DNA from: Eutreptiella sp. 'Long Island Sound 2002'
Taxonomy: Eukaryota; Protista; Euglenida
Direction: 5' to 3'
DNA: 64,000 nucleotides
Assembly (NCBI GenBank): GCA_964036045.1
Contig: OZ038378.1
Location: forward strand, 185,938,001-186,002,000
Part shown: one piece after another, positions 43,250-55,663 of the stretch
How the letters are laid out: each line of letters starts with the position of its first letter
How positions within the stretch are numbered: position 1 is the first letter of the stretch
Made by a program: the position numbers and the translations under genes
The notes under the pieces: model-generated
Seen by the model: the letters and a program-made list of their open reading frames with translations, nothing else
What the model was told of the DNA's origin: nothing
Database searches by the model: none

Positions 43250-43860
43250 GCCATTCAACCCGGGAGATCGTTGAGTAGCGCGCTTAGGGCTTGCGCAGGC
43301 AAAATGCAAAGACAAATTTGCAGCGAAATAGCTCGGAAACAAAACACTTTGAGTGAGTGAATCTACACAGCTCTAATGCCTTTCTACGATGAATTATCGA
43401 CATTCCTTTTGGACGTAATCTTGCCTTGTCTGATGACTTTGAAGCATGCCAAAGAAAGTTCACCATACCACCAAACCATTGTGGATTAGACTTTGGTTTG
43501 ACCGTTTCACGTGGTTTGAGCTTTGTTGGAAACATTGCATTCAGTTACCTTTGTGGGAAGAGGCCGAGATGAAGCAGATGTATCTTAAAACTAGTGTTTT
43601 TGGCAAAGCTCAAACTAGGAGAAACGGTCAAACTAAATCCGATCCGCGATGGTTGGTGATATCATGAACTTTCTTTGACATGATTGAAGGTTTTCGGGCA
43701 AGATTTCACGTCGTGAAGGATTGTTGATAATTCATCGTAGGAGCCGTGCAAATTCATATCAATTTGTTTTGTTTCTAAGCTATTTTGCGAGACGACTTCC
43801 GGCATGAGCTAATTCAATTCGGATCCATGGTTGAATTTGGTGGAACGAATGTTGCTATAT
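43250..43860. repeat. Long imperfect inverted repeat (foldback), centre near 43560
   Basis: CTACGATGAATTATCGAC...CAAAGAAAGTTCA...GTTTGACCGTTTC...TTTGAGCTTTG (43384-43525) matches the reverse complement of 43600-43740. Similarity extends outward. Confidence 0.8.
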
Positions 43861-46260
43861 GATTGCAAATCATTAAAGTAAGCGGGCAACGAACAGCGAA
43901 CGCCAAAGGACGTGAAATGCGATATGCTTCGGGAACTACTAGTTGTTAGTAAAGTTGACACCCAAACTCCGAATCCGCCGACCGCATGTTGAGAGTTGGC
44001 AGGGGTACATAACCGTTCCAAGGAAACGAATGTCGTCTTGGTATCACGGCCCTTGGAAGAAAAGCGAATCGTACCTCTCCCGGGAGATTGATCACGATAG
44101 TTTTATTGAAATCTCGCTCTTACTTACGATTTTAAGTCGGCGCGATTGCAGTCAACACTACTCTTGGTATGAAATGTTGGACATCTTCATGTGCAAGACG
44201 ACTCCTCGCGTTACTGCACATGTGCGTTGTACACCTTAACAACTTTGGGGGTCAAACTTTGTGTGGGGACATCCATTTCGAGGCTACGCACTCACCGAGC
44301 CAGATTATTGATTCGCGAATTGTTGTCTGTGCTGAGTCAGCGAGACCCCAACTAAATGGTGAGGAAAGTAAGCGTGCAATTTTGGTGAGTTCTATTCCCA
44401 CTACGATAGTCCGTGTGTAGGACACGGACAATATCGGTATCGCGGCACTGTTGCTGTCAAATGCTCGGCAAAGGGGCTTATTGGGCTCAGCAGGGCTTCT
44501 TTAGGTAGGCAGCAATGAGTTCTTTAGTGCTTTGCCTCAAGCTTGCATCCCATCTCATCTTTCATTTGGGGCTCTTCTAATAACGCCAAGGAGGCGCTTG
44601 GCGGATTGGAGAACCAAACACAAAAAGCCGCATGACACATATCGCTCTACGCACGTTGCTTCACTTGCGAACGAGCAATGTGAAAACGTGCGAGTTGAAT
44701 TGGGTCCATACACGATTTGATGAACGCACACCGAGGGGGGGGGGGAGGGAAGCGAAATGCGGGCCATGATTAGGTGGGAGAGAAAGACACTGAATGGGGA
44801 CATTGGCGGAGAATATCTCCATTGCAGCCCCATGGAGACATGCGAGGAAGAAGGAACACCAAGGGAAAGAAACCAATGGCTCAAGAATCAACCGCCCACA
44901 CCCCGCACTAAATTAGCTCCATTTCCTCCCAATCAACAACATATAGGAAGTTCAAGTAGCACCCCTACATTTTGGTGTCCTGTTGCACACCCATTTTTAC
45001 AAGTCCCTTCATTTGACCTTTCAAAAGGTGTGCTCCACTGATGTGCACAATGTGAAGAATCACCGGTAGGGGGCGTGCTGGTAGGGGTGGTATGCAGACT
45101 GGGCCTTTAGCAGACTCGGCGGGAAACGCTAAGTACCAGGTAGAAATAGTCAGCGATTAGAAATAGGGCAAAGGGTCTACGAAAGGATCTGCCCACATGA
45201 TCAGGAGGATTTGCGACGTACAGACTACAGACTGGACGACTCCCCCCAAATGAACATGCCACTGCCATTGCCATTGCCAGGGGAAGAAGGCGAAGGCAAA
45301 GCACAACACGGGTCTGGGCACGGCCATGTCCAGAGCCGTGTTGTGCCGATCCTGAGCCTTCTACAGTAAGTTAGAACAGTAAAATGTCCGATGTCCCAGA
45401 AAAAAGTCTCGTAATGTCCCAAATGGCCTTGATAAGACTTATGATTGTTTCTTGGGACAAGTCTACTAATGTCCCAGTTGATCAAATTCAACTTTTTGAC
45501 GCATCGACAGGGAGGGAGTACCCGAGCGGCTAGCGTGCTGGGGTACGCCTTGGCACAAGTTGGTTCGATCCCCGAGTGGCATGCTTCATGGGTTCCGGTG
45601 CCTCAATGGTTTCAAAGGCGTAGCTCCATTTTGCTTTGACATCACAGAAATTGCCCAACAACGGGGTCCAAGTCCAGCTTTCCGACATGGGGGGGGGAGA
45701 AAACGGGCACAACGCGCCCGGAAGAAAAACTTTCTAGGTTCAAAAAGGGGGTGGGGGGCGAAGAAAAATTCCCGGGAATGTCCCGGGAAAAAGTCTCACA
45801 ATTTCCCAGATGGTTCCAAACGATGCCCATGTAGGAAAGTCTCGTAATGTCCCCGAATGGGTGGCCGCGAAGAATGTTTTTCCATTACAAACGTCGCAAT
45901 CTTCCCTTGGTAGTGAAGTCACCGAACACTAGGCACTAACTTCACCACATGGGGCACTACATAGGGCATTGTTTCACGCCTGTCATGTTACGAGGTTGAA
46001 GTTAGTCGGTAGTGAAGTCGGTGCGCCGTAGGGTGTTTGCTTACCAATGGATAAGAGGGGGGTGGGGGATACTTTTCACCTCCGTGTGGGGCAGTTACAT
46101 GCCTATTGCCCTGGTGGCATGCTCCGGCAAAGGAGGTGTTATGTTTGAGACTCGTCGTTGTCTTTGTTGCATATGGTCTCGCACTTCCGCGTGTTGTCAC
46201 CCCTAAAAGCCCGGATGGTTCATGAGTGTCTTTTCGAAATCACAACACAAAATCAAAAAA

Positions 46261-46515
46261 ATGTGGCTACGGTTCATTGAAATGTATGGGGACGAATGGG
46301 CCCACCGTGAGTTGGGCCTATGGGGCTATTTGGAAGTACCACTAGCTTTGGTAGCGGCCTTCTGTGACACCAGCACACACATCATCGAGCGAAAACTCGG
46401 ACCAAAGGGTCCACCCTTCGTTCTCCTTTTTCTCAATCACATGCCACCATTAGTAAGAATATCTTTGCGGTTTCTTACTTTGAAAGAGAACATCCAAAGC
46501 GGTCGAAAAAACTAG
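46261..46515 (+). other. 84-aa ORF preceded by an SL-like motif and an A-rich 24-nt leader (possible retrocopy)
   Basis: TTCATGAGTGTCTTTTCG (46219-46236), then AAATCACAACACAAAATCAAAAAA, then ATG. No recognisable domain. Confidence 0.25.
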
Positions 46516-46993
46516 GCACACGGAAAATGTAAAGAAGAACAGTGGCCCGATTTTGGGAAAGTTGCTTGCTAGGCGACACGCAATTGGACTAAGGCTACAC
46601 GCACCATTAAATGCACGACGCACAAGTAGACGTGCTCGTTTAAAAAAAGCTGTTTGACATTTAGTAGGAGAGGCCACGAAGAGTAGCTACGAAGGTAACG
46701 CAAAACTTGGAAGAGCTCCTAAGATAGACACATCCGGGCCACACTCCGAGGGACCAACTGTGCCCCATTACGCAAAGAGCAGAATGAGTGTATCGTGAGC
46801 AAATCATTTTGTGTTGCAAGTTGCACGTGTGCTTGCTAGCGTGTTGCCGTGATTAAGCCCGACTTAAGAGATCTCAATACACGTGGGATCATTGACAAGT
46901 TGACATCGTTGCATCACCGCATATTACAATTGTCCACCATTCAGCTTGTACACATGATCTGCAAGAATTAATTGCTGTGGTAGCTTCCCCTGA

Positions 46994-47764
46994 ATGCTTT
47001 TCCGGTTACTACGCTGGGGAATATGGTTGCTTTGGCAACCCATCAGATTTTGTCTGCTTATTCGGCACATGCTTTATCTCTTTGGATCGAGCATTTCCGC
47101 GTTCTTGGGCCTAGTGATGAACCTCCTGATCCTTGCCCTTTTAGTACTGGGCTACTATCTCTATCAAGAAGGTGGACCTGAGCGTGCCTTGCTCTCAAGA
47201 GCGGAGAAGTGGTACACAAAGAACTCGGGAGCACAATGCACAATTGGTGGTGTGTCGTTCTCCATTTCTCTAGATGCATTTTGTATTACTATTAAGGATT
47301 GGATGTTGAAGAACCCTCCAGGATACGACTCGGAATGCCTAGTCACCATAAAACGGACGGAGATCGCTTTTCATTTGCGAACAATTTTCAGCGAAGTAAG
47401 AGCTGTCGAAGTTTCTTTTTACGAGCCATGTGCCTATTATGAGGTTGGAGCCGGAGGCAACGACAATATCACAGTGGCCAAACAGGGCTTCCGTTTTGAG
47501 GATGCAAAGTCCCATTGGATGTTCAAGACAATGGTGTTTCATCGGATTCGCTGGGAACACGCCCGGGTTCAAGTGGTTGACAAGAAGGAGACAATCCGTA
47601 TGAAAGATAAGACCGTTCGAGATCATGGATTGGATGAAGGGGCGGCCGCCGGTGATGCTCTGGGGATGTTCTTGACGGCGGTGCTAGCGGTCCTCAATGG
47701 CGAAGAAGAGGCTGTAGACGATTGGAAGAGTATTCCGCCAAGTTCCGTTGGCTCCCAATTTTAG
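46994..47764 (+). CDS. Intronless AsmA-like (short AsmA/DUF748-type, beta-groove) membrane-anchored protein, 256 aa
   Basis: Hydrophobic N-terminus, then AEKWYTKNSGAQCTIGGVSFS..ITIKDWMLKNPPGYDS..EPCAYYEVGAGGNDNI. This follows the bacterial pattern E..G..VT.G.V....I.NP.GF.S...P...YE...G..N. It ends in an amphipathic helix (AAAGDALGMFLTAVLAVL). An AG lies 10 nt upstream of the ATG. Confidence 0.7.
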   Translation: MLFRLLRWGIWLLWQPIRFCLLIRHMLYLFGSSISAFLGLVMNLLILALLVLGYYLYQEGGPERALLSRAEKWYTKNSGAQCTIGGVSFSISLDAFCITIKDWMLKNPPGYDSECLVTIKRTEIAFHLRTIFSEVRAVEVSFYEPCAYYEVGAGGNDNITVAKQGFRFEDAKSHWMFKTMVFHRIRWEHARVQVVDKKETIRMKDKTVRDHGLDEGAAAGDALGMFLTAVLAVLNGEEEAVDDWKSIPPSSVGSQF

Positions 47765-49344
47765 TCTTGGTGTCCCGCACCAACCCTTCCGATAGTCCCG
47801 GCGCAAGCCATCACCGCCGCTCATCACAACCACACAACATCAAGAACTCTCAAATCCTTGAATCTCAAATCCCCTAAACCTAGTTTATTTTCCCATTCCT
47901 TGCAAACTTGATATGGGATGTTGCATTGTTCCATCCACGTTGAAACTAAGGAGACACTGCGGGGACGCCACATCGCTCGAATTCCCATGCCTACCCATTT
48001 TAGCCTTTACCTCGGATTTCCTAATAAAGGCGAGGAGCACGCATGCACGTGCGTCACCTCCACTACGTGGCATGATCTCAGGTACATCTCCCACACATGG
48101 CATGTTCGTCGAGTCATGTAATGAGCTAGGGAGCTGCATCTTCCCGCAGCACATACTTGCACATATCCGCACGGCCGTGGTCTACCATTTGCATTTTTAC
48201 GAGCGAAAAAGAAACCACCCTTTCGCAACCTCTCGTGCACTCGTCCATGCAAACACACGTGCTTGCTTCCGGGTGGCATCCAAAACCATTGACTGCACTA
48301 CGTATTTTGTGCTATAGTGCTTGTGCGCCAAGTACCCAATCCACTATGCTAGGAACCTTCGAGGTAGTCAAGTCTAACATCACAGTTGGATTGGGTAGCA
48401 GAAAGACAAGGGGTGTCCATTAGTCCCAAGAGTCGTGGTGAGAGGATGAAATGGATGCCGAATGCACATCCATGCACCGGGTACAGCATGGAACACCCAC
48501 ATACACGCACTACTTGTGGTTTGCACAATCTCTTGTCCATGTTCCATTGAAGAAGCTCCCCTTGGTACCTTGGGACTGCCTTCCACGCTTGAACTATTGA
48601 ATTGCGGTGCACATGGAAAATAGCTCTGCTTGACTACTTTCTTGAGGATATTTCGGGTAAGCTCTCCGGAAACAGTGGACGTTCGCGGTTGTTTGCAGTT
48701 GCGCCCTACAACAATACCCAGCCCCTCAAGGCTACCAATATTGCTCGCAGTAGAATTTGGACAATATGGACGATATGTACATGGGAATTATCGGCGTGAC
48801 TGATACCTAGCCTTGCTTTCCTCGCCTTTGCAATTCATAGAACGATTCTTATTCCCTCCATGGATAATCATTGTGGTACGCATTGACGGCACAAGTTGTT
48901 GTGACCAACCTACAATCACAAGTCGGGGGGCCAGTGACTGTAGATATTTTACACGGTGGAAACCCCAGTTTGAAAGGTGCTTGGACGACTAGTGGGTGGG
49001 GTGGCTTTCTCCTTTGCCTCTTATGCACTCCTCGGTTAAACAGGTGTGACTTGCATTTGGGAAAGTGTTGTGCAATTTTTTTTTCGGTATGTGGTATCTC
49101 GGCGGGTCTCTTTTGTAAAGAGTTGGTTCGGTGTGCGTGTTTTTGTGGAAGTGTTTGCGGTCATCTTATTTTTCTTTGCCCTCGTGTGCGGTTGGTGTGC
49201 TGCATAAGACTCGGTAGATCTTTGCGGTTGAGGTATCGCATCAAGTAAATGAAGGCGTGTTGCATGTTATTCCTGACCGTGTTTGGTGTACTTGGTGCTC
49301 CGCTGGTGCCACCCAATATTCCCACACCAACACATAGAAAGCTT

Positions 49345-49565
49345 AAGCCGCACTCAGAGCGTGGGCTGTAGCTTGAAGTCATGGCTTCTGGGGTTTGAAT
49401 CAAGCGACGCCTCTCGCCCTGTGTTTAGCCTATGGCCAGCCATCGGGGAGTCTGCTTTGTCTGTGCGTGCTTGCTTGTGACCTATGGACATCGATGGAGC
49501 CCACGGATTGGTCGGCCGTAGCCTTGCGATCCTTCTCAAAGGTGTATGGTTCCAGTCCGGACCCC
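49345..49565 (+). pseudogene. Two degenerate tRNA-like (Pol III) segments
   Basis: AGAGCGTGGGCTGTAG...GGTTTGAATC (Tyr-like, 49356-49401) and GGATTGGTC...GGTTCCAGTCC (49507-49558). Cloverleaves are incomplete. Confidence 0.25.
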
Positions 49566-51649
49566 CCCCCCCCCCAAAGCCTCATTTTGATCTCCAGGAG
49601 CTGGGTTAGTGCGTTTGCCCCAAAGGCATAGTCTCTGTTAAATTATTATGCAGAAGCCAGACGCGCCTGATTGGCGAGCTCCACCGCCAAATCAATATTG
49701 CTTCTGTCAAGCAAGACTTTGCCGACACGCGGTTCGTAAAGACATGCAGGTGGTATTGCCTGCGTGGTTTCCAGCAGCATACATTGCGTGGCACCCAGCA
49801 ACCTTGTCATGAAGAAGAACGGAGGAATTTTTCGACTTGATTTGTGTTTTCATTGCTTGGCTTACTTACAGAGTTGCAGTTTCACGGTGAACGGTGCCAG
49901 TCAGACCAACCCATGCCAGTATCGGCCACCAATTATTCTTGTAACACATCCCGCTGTGCATTGTTTGCCAACGGTAGGTGCTTCCTCAGCCACGCCATGC
50001 TGATTTTGTCACGAGAGCCCCCCCCCTCTTCCTATCCGATGTAGAGACGGCCACGGTGGGCTTGGGCGGAACGGATTTGACGGCGGTGATGTCTCTTTCG
50101 GCGAGGTGTATACTTTGGGTTGAGGCCGTCCGTGCTGCATTCCATAGTTCATCTTCCCAGTGCGACGAATATTCTAGCGAGTGGAGGGACCGACAACCAG
50201 TTGGGGGAGTGTTCCGCACCAAAGGAGGGGGTTGGGTTAGCAACCTGCTCCTCGTTCCACGGTACAGAGATGTCACTTCTTTTACCATGCATGTATGCAT
50301 GGACAGTTGCTCAATACGTTTATTCAGGTGTCCTTCGGTTGTGAGCAAGGTTGTGAAGTTTTTTTTGGTCAAGCACACATCGTGGATCAATTTTTTGCTT
50401 TGCTGCTTGCCACGCCATATTATCTGCGCTTTGATTGATTTTTTCAAGAACCAGGAGGTGGGTTGTTCTCGGTGGTTTTGTGCATGCCACACCACATGGC
50501 CGGCCATGCCATGCCTTGCTGTGCACTCCTTTCCGTCACTACACTTCTGATGATGGTCCTGTTTTTCTAGGTTGCTTTTTTGGTGAATTTGGCTTCAAAT
50601 TTTGACCACAGGGGTTGTCTACACAACGGCTTGTCCAAACATCCTGGGGTGTCAACCATGAAATTGGCGGTTCCTTGTTTTCTTCACCATGGATATCAGA
50701 GCTGTTAATGTTGTGTTGCATGCTTTGCAGATTTTGGTGGCAAATCGGATTTGACCAGGGAACTTGTGGCTGATGCATGCAACGGCAGCTGTAGTGCCTT
50801 CGCTTGCATTGCTCAGCTCGATTGTTTGTAACCTTGGTTCTGCAACAGCCTGCCCCAGAGCCTATGCTCTTGTACTGCGCACCAACAATGGCGTGTCCAA
50901 ACATCATGGGGTGTTTCAGCAACTTTTGGTCTTTTTATCTTTGTTTGGGCAAGGCGTGGGCAGGTTGGCATACGGGTGGGGAGGTTGGCATACGGGTGGG
51001 GGCGGAGGTTGTTCCTCGTTCCACCGATCCTTGGCTATCATGTTTCACACTGCAGCAGTTTGTGAGTCATTGAGCACTGTGTGCAACAATGGGAATTCCA
51101 TGGTACTGTTCGAATTCAGTGTTCAGTAGGTTGCCGCCGCATTAGGTGACATGTTCACGAATCGTGCAATGCAAGCCAGGATGTAGAGCGACAGCCCCTT
51201 GAAATACTCGGTTTTCGTTCCTCCTTGCCGACATTTCTTCGGCCAAGCCAATTTCGAATGTCCTGTGCGTCTGTGTGCATGCGTGCGTGTGTGTGTGCGT
51301 GCGTGCGCGTATGTGTTGTGGGGATTGGCTGGGGCTGAGTGGGGGGGGGGGCATTGAGATCGCAGGGCTGTACTTACTTCATGAGGCATCAGAATGTGAA
51401 TGACAAGAATTGTGTGGAGCAGAGTGTCTTACATTTGCATACCTTGCCCCAGTTCACTCCACAGCACTGTGTGTTTGAGTGATGGAGGGCTGTAGGTCCT
51501 GACATTGTGGGGTGTAAAAATCGAGTGTTTTGCCATGTGTGGGCATGAACATTGTCACCAAATCGGTTGGTAGTCTGGGCCGCTTTCGCCGCGGCAAGCT
51601 GTGATGGGGGAGTACACGTAATGGTTGTGTCTGTGGTTTCAAAATGGTT

Positions 51650-51950
51650 AGAATGCGAGAGTGGGCTGAAAGTAGCTAGATTGTCCGCTTCTTCATGACT
51701 CTCTACCTGCACATGCAATGGTACCTTGACCCAGTGTACCGCTCACTAAGCTTTTTCCAGCTCTGTCAGGAGCTCCTGTCGCAGTCTGAAATTCGCAGCT
51801 GGTCCCATGGAGCCTCTCCTGCCTTGGGGCTGCCACCTTTTGGCTGCCCCCTGGGCCCCGAGGACCACGTAGGAGGACTCATGGCGGTCCATCAGTGAAT
51901 ACAATCATGCACCCATGCTGTCTAAATTCATCCAGCAATGTATCCAGTTG
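51650..51950 (-). pseudogene. Retroelement RNase H fragment
   Basis: IVFTDG near 51900 and HWVKVPLHVQVESHEEADNLA near 51730-51670 match RNase H D...H..N..AD motifs. Frameshifted between them. Confidence 0.55.
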
Positions 51951-52439
51951 TTCTGCTCCTTCCAATTTTGCAAGTTGTCATGCTTTGCGCTTGCGTTGTG
52001 CAGAGTTAGGCTGCAGGGTTGCAAGATTGGGTTGTAGGAAAAACGGTTTCGAAAGGGAGCTATCAATGGTAGCTTTCAGCATCTCATGGAGATCATGGCA
52101 GAGCTTGTTGGATGAAAAAAAGGGCAGTTTGGTCCATTCCCCATCATCATAATCCAATATCCACCTACAAAGCATGTACTTTACAACACTCGGACTGTGG
52201 GAGAAATTTTCTTACACCAGGCATGCCATCTGCCGATTTCCCCCTCTGCCTGTACTCTTGCTGTTAATTTAAGTATGAGACCCCTAAACCCCATGGACCT
52301 AATGGCTACACACCCATGCATTACCACACCCAGTAACATACAACGAGAGTCAGGGACGTGTGACAGACATTGAGTCTGCAAGCAGGTGGACCATCACATC
52401 TAACCACATTCCCACCAAGATCTAAAGCAGGTTTGAGTA

Positions 52440-52940
52440 GTGCAAGACAGGGTGCCTGATGGATACCTGTGGCACGGTGGCACCACGAGCCAGCACCACG
52501 TTGGTTTGCGTACAGCACAACGCCAAACACGGCTTTCTGCAGCAAGAAAAGAGTTCAAAATAAATCACTTGTACACCTATTTACATTTGCAACCCTCCGC
52601 CATTCGAGTTTGGGCTCATTTGTATGGGATACCAGCTGCGTTGGTTGGGGTGTTGGGTAATGTTCAAACACTGGAGCATAGAGGATCATCATATGTGATG
52701 GTTTCATTCAAAGAAAATCATTTCAAACGCATGGGCACACTGATTGCAATGCTTGCTATCATTAAGCAAGGCAACAATTTAAGTGCACTACCTTTGGACC
52801 CTGCCCTCATCTTGAGGTGCACGAAACGAAAGGTAATTTTGAACAACCACCATTTGCTTCTGAACACAAACCCCATAAGTGTGACCAATGCAAATTACAT
52901 GAGGGATCATTTTGTACCCTATTTGAAACATGAATTGTGA
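52440..52940 (+). pseudogene. Degenerate pogo-like (DDE_1) transposase fragment
   Basis: QTLEHRGSSYVMVSFKENHFKRMGTLIAMLAI...PALIL...NANYMRDHFVPYL follows the TLE.KG..V....KR..T......G..L.P.LI pattern. Catalytic Asp residues are not visible. Confidence 0.4.
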
Positions 52941-55411
52941 CTTCAACTTATGCCACAACTTTGCGCACTGCATGTCCCTGTAGAGCTCTCTCCTTAGGGG
53001 TGTGCGATATTATTTCACCTGGATAAAATAATGTGATGCACGTGTGATATCATTTTGACGCATGGGATTAAATTGGGGGGGGGGTTGTCTAGAAACAATT
53101 TCTTCCACATTGATTGGAGCATCAAATGATTGCAAATGGGTGTTCAATGAGGTGTCTCTTATGCCGTGGTGCTGTGCGCCACGTGATAGTGAGGCGAAAA
53201 TGAGGCGTTATCCAGCCTATTTATAGGAGGATCGTCTTGGCCATTCAGGATCATCGCCACTATGACATGTAGGCTTCTCCAATGAGGACTATTCTTCTTC
53301 CACGGTGGTTTCGTGTGCAATGAGCAAGACGAGGACCCAGCTCAGTGCTAGTCGTAGGTCTTGAATGGGGTCCCGATTTGCCCCTAAAAGCCTACCCAAT
53401 CATAGGGGAGGGGGAGCACAAAATGTACTAATGCCGAATGATCATACCGCCACAATGACTCCGAATCTGTGAAGCGTACAATTCGATGCAGAGGCAATTG
53501 CCAGTGGCCCGGAACCATCAAATGGCACTTTTTCACTTCAGCTTTGCATCATGGGCATATGGAAGCCACATTTTTTGAAAGAAAGGTTCAAAAATAGCCC
53601 ATTTATGTGCCTAGAAAAATAAGAAGAGGCAAATCCACAACCTACACAAAATTCTGAGGCAAAATGCAGAAAAATTCAAGGAAGCAGATTTTGTATGTCT
53701 TTGAACGCGTTTCCCCGCAGATGCAATATGGCACTCCCAGTTGCTACAAATACCCCAATTTATCACAAAAGTGGATCCATGGCGGCACCCTGAGGACGGG
53801 CTGCGCAACTGTTTCGTCATCATCATGATGGCGTACATCGACATGCTAGCGCGGGCTAGGGGGCAAGCCACGAAGACGAGCATACCCCCACACACGCGTC
53901 GGCACGACGGTGGGGCGGTCCGACAACCGACGGGGCTGTCCGCCGTGGCATGGTAGGGCGCCCTAAAGGGGAATGGCCACCCCAGCAGGATGTTCGGCCA
54001 ATGCGTAACGCAGCCGTGGACCAGGCGTGCCACCGGGGGAGGACAAGAGGCGGCCCAGTCGGGCGACGAGGATGGAAGCCGGCCAATGCGACACGCGGAA
54101 GCTCCGTGAGACCTGGGGCTACCGCTGCCCGAGGGGACGCAGGGAGGGGCCTGCCAAGGGCTAGGGAGTGCATTATATGGCATGGCCAGCCGATATGCAG
54201 AGTCGTCAGGGAAGCCATCAAGCCTCTCTCCACGCGTAATCTTAGCTGTTAGATGGGCCCCCAAATCCAAATCCAAATCCATAACCCCCCCCCCCCACCT
54301 CCCCCCCTCACCTCCAAACCTACCCCTCCACCGTCCCCCCCCATTCCCCGCTCACAAGAGCCAAACGCCCAGCCTAGAGATCTATGGGTGGACTGCCCCC
54401 CTGGAGATATTGTATGGTATGGTAAGCACTCTACGGTCTTGGAGGCTCTGGACTACCGCCCGTCCCCCCCTCACACTCCCCGCGTGTAGGGCTTGGGTCG
54501 GTCCTGCATGCCCTCGGCACTCCCCCTCCCCCCGGAGGCACATGTATAGGAGGGCGGCGAGGACCGGCAGGGGGTTCGGATCACGGGCATAGAATCGGCC
54601 GCTGCCAGGCCCCCCTATAAGGCTGGTAGCTGGCCAATTAGGTGACCGTTGGCCACGCGGGCGGCGTGGCAAACGGCCCCCACCCAAGGGTGCCGCAGCG
54701 GTCGACCGGAGCTCCCTGCAGTACGTGGGTGGGGTGTGATCACCCGCTAGTATCGAATCGATGCCGATGACTACCCAACGGGCCACGTCCCCCAATTCAA
54801 TTGCCACGTGGAGACCCAAGCATATGAGAACCTTCAGTGTGCTCCCTTTAAATTGGTGAGCATGACCCACAAGGAGGTAAGGAACGCGAGAACCAGCAGC
54901 CTGGTGAGTTGTAGCCGTTTGTGTTGGAGATAGGTCCACGCTTGTGGCGGCAGACACAGATGTGTACGTCCTGCCTTGAATGCATCTGTTTGCTGATGCT
55001 GTTTTGCGCCAGCGGAGTGATTCGCTTGTATTCTGCAGATAGTGGAGCACCCCAACCAAGAAGGACACATATTTGTGTTGTGACGCTGTGATGCATTGAA
55101 GAACTAATGGCTGAAAGTGTTTTGGCAGGGACATGCGGTCTATCCTCACCGACCATTGAGACCCCAGTCCTCGTTGACTTTGCAAAGTAGTCAGTGCCGG
55201 AAAACCTTTTTGAAAGTAAATTGTGGGCATAGGCATGCAACTGTGTGGGGCAAAATCTGGTAGAGTGTTTTGTGAGGTGTGGGGTTGAAAGGGGTTGGCA
55301 TCCGCCATTCCTTGTGGCTTAAAATGCCTTATCCGCAATGTTCACGTCCTCTTTTTGGGGCATGCCTGTGCAATAATTGAGTCCTGATATGCAATTGTTG
55401 CTATAGGGCTT

Positions 55412-55663
55412 GTGGTAAATACTGATTCAATGGCCGTCATTGATGAAGGAAATTATCGTCTGCTCATCCAACAACTTGTGCTTTGCAATGACGAGATTGA
55501 GCGCCTACAAAACCGCGAGAAGGACCTGTTGCAAGAGAACGGTGCTTTGATGAAGGAGAACAATGCATTGAAAGAGGCCCTCGCAACTCAAGTTAATAAT
55601 GTGGCACCCCCAGCTGCCGCTGCGCCCAGGTGTGGCGATTGGAAGCTATTGATCTTGGAGTAA
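55412..55663 (+). other. 83-aa coiled-coil ORF, possibly a transposon accessory gene
   Basis: LIQQLVLCNDEIERLQNREKDLLQENGALMKENNALKEAL shows a heptad pattern. It lies just upstream of the Harbinger remnant. Confidence 0.3.

Noticed and set aside
49066-49092. T9-CG-GTATGT resembling an SL-RNA gene exon/intron junction
   Set aside because: The upstream bases do not match the SL 5' half, and I saw no convincing Sm site or hairpins downstream.
54382-55338. 318-aa minus-strand ORF
   Set aside because: It has no recognisable domain and lies in degenerate repeat-like DNA; probably a chance antisense frame of a decayed retroelement.
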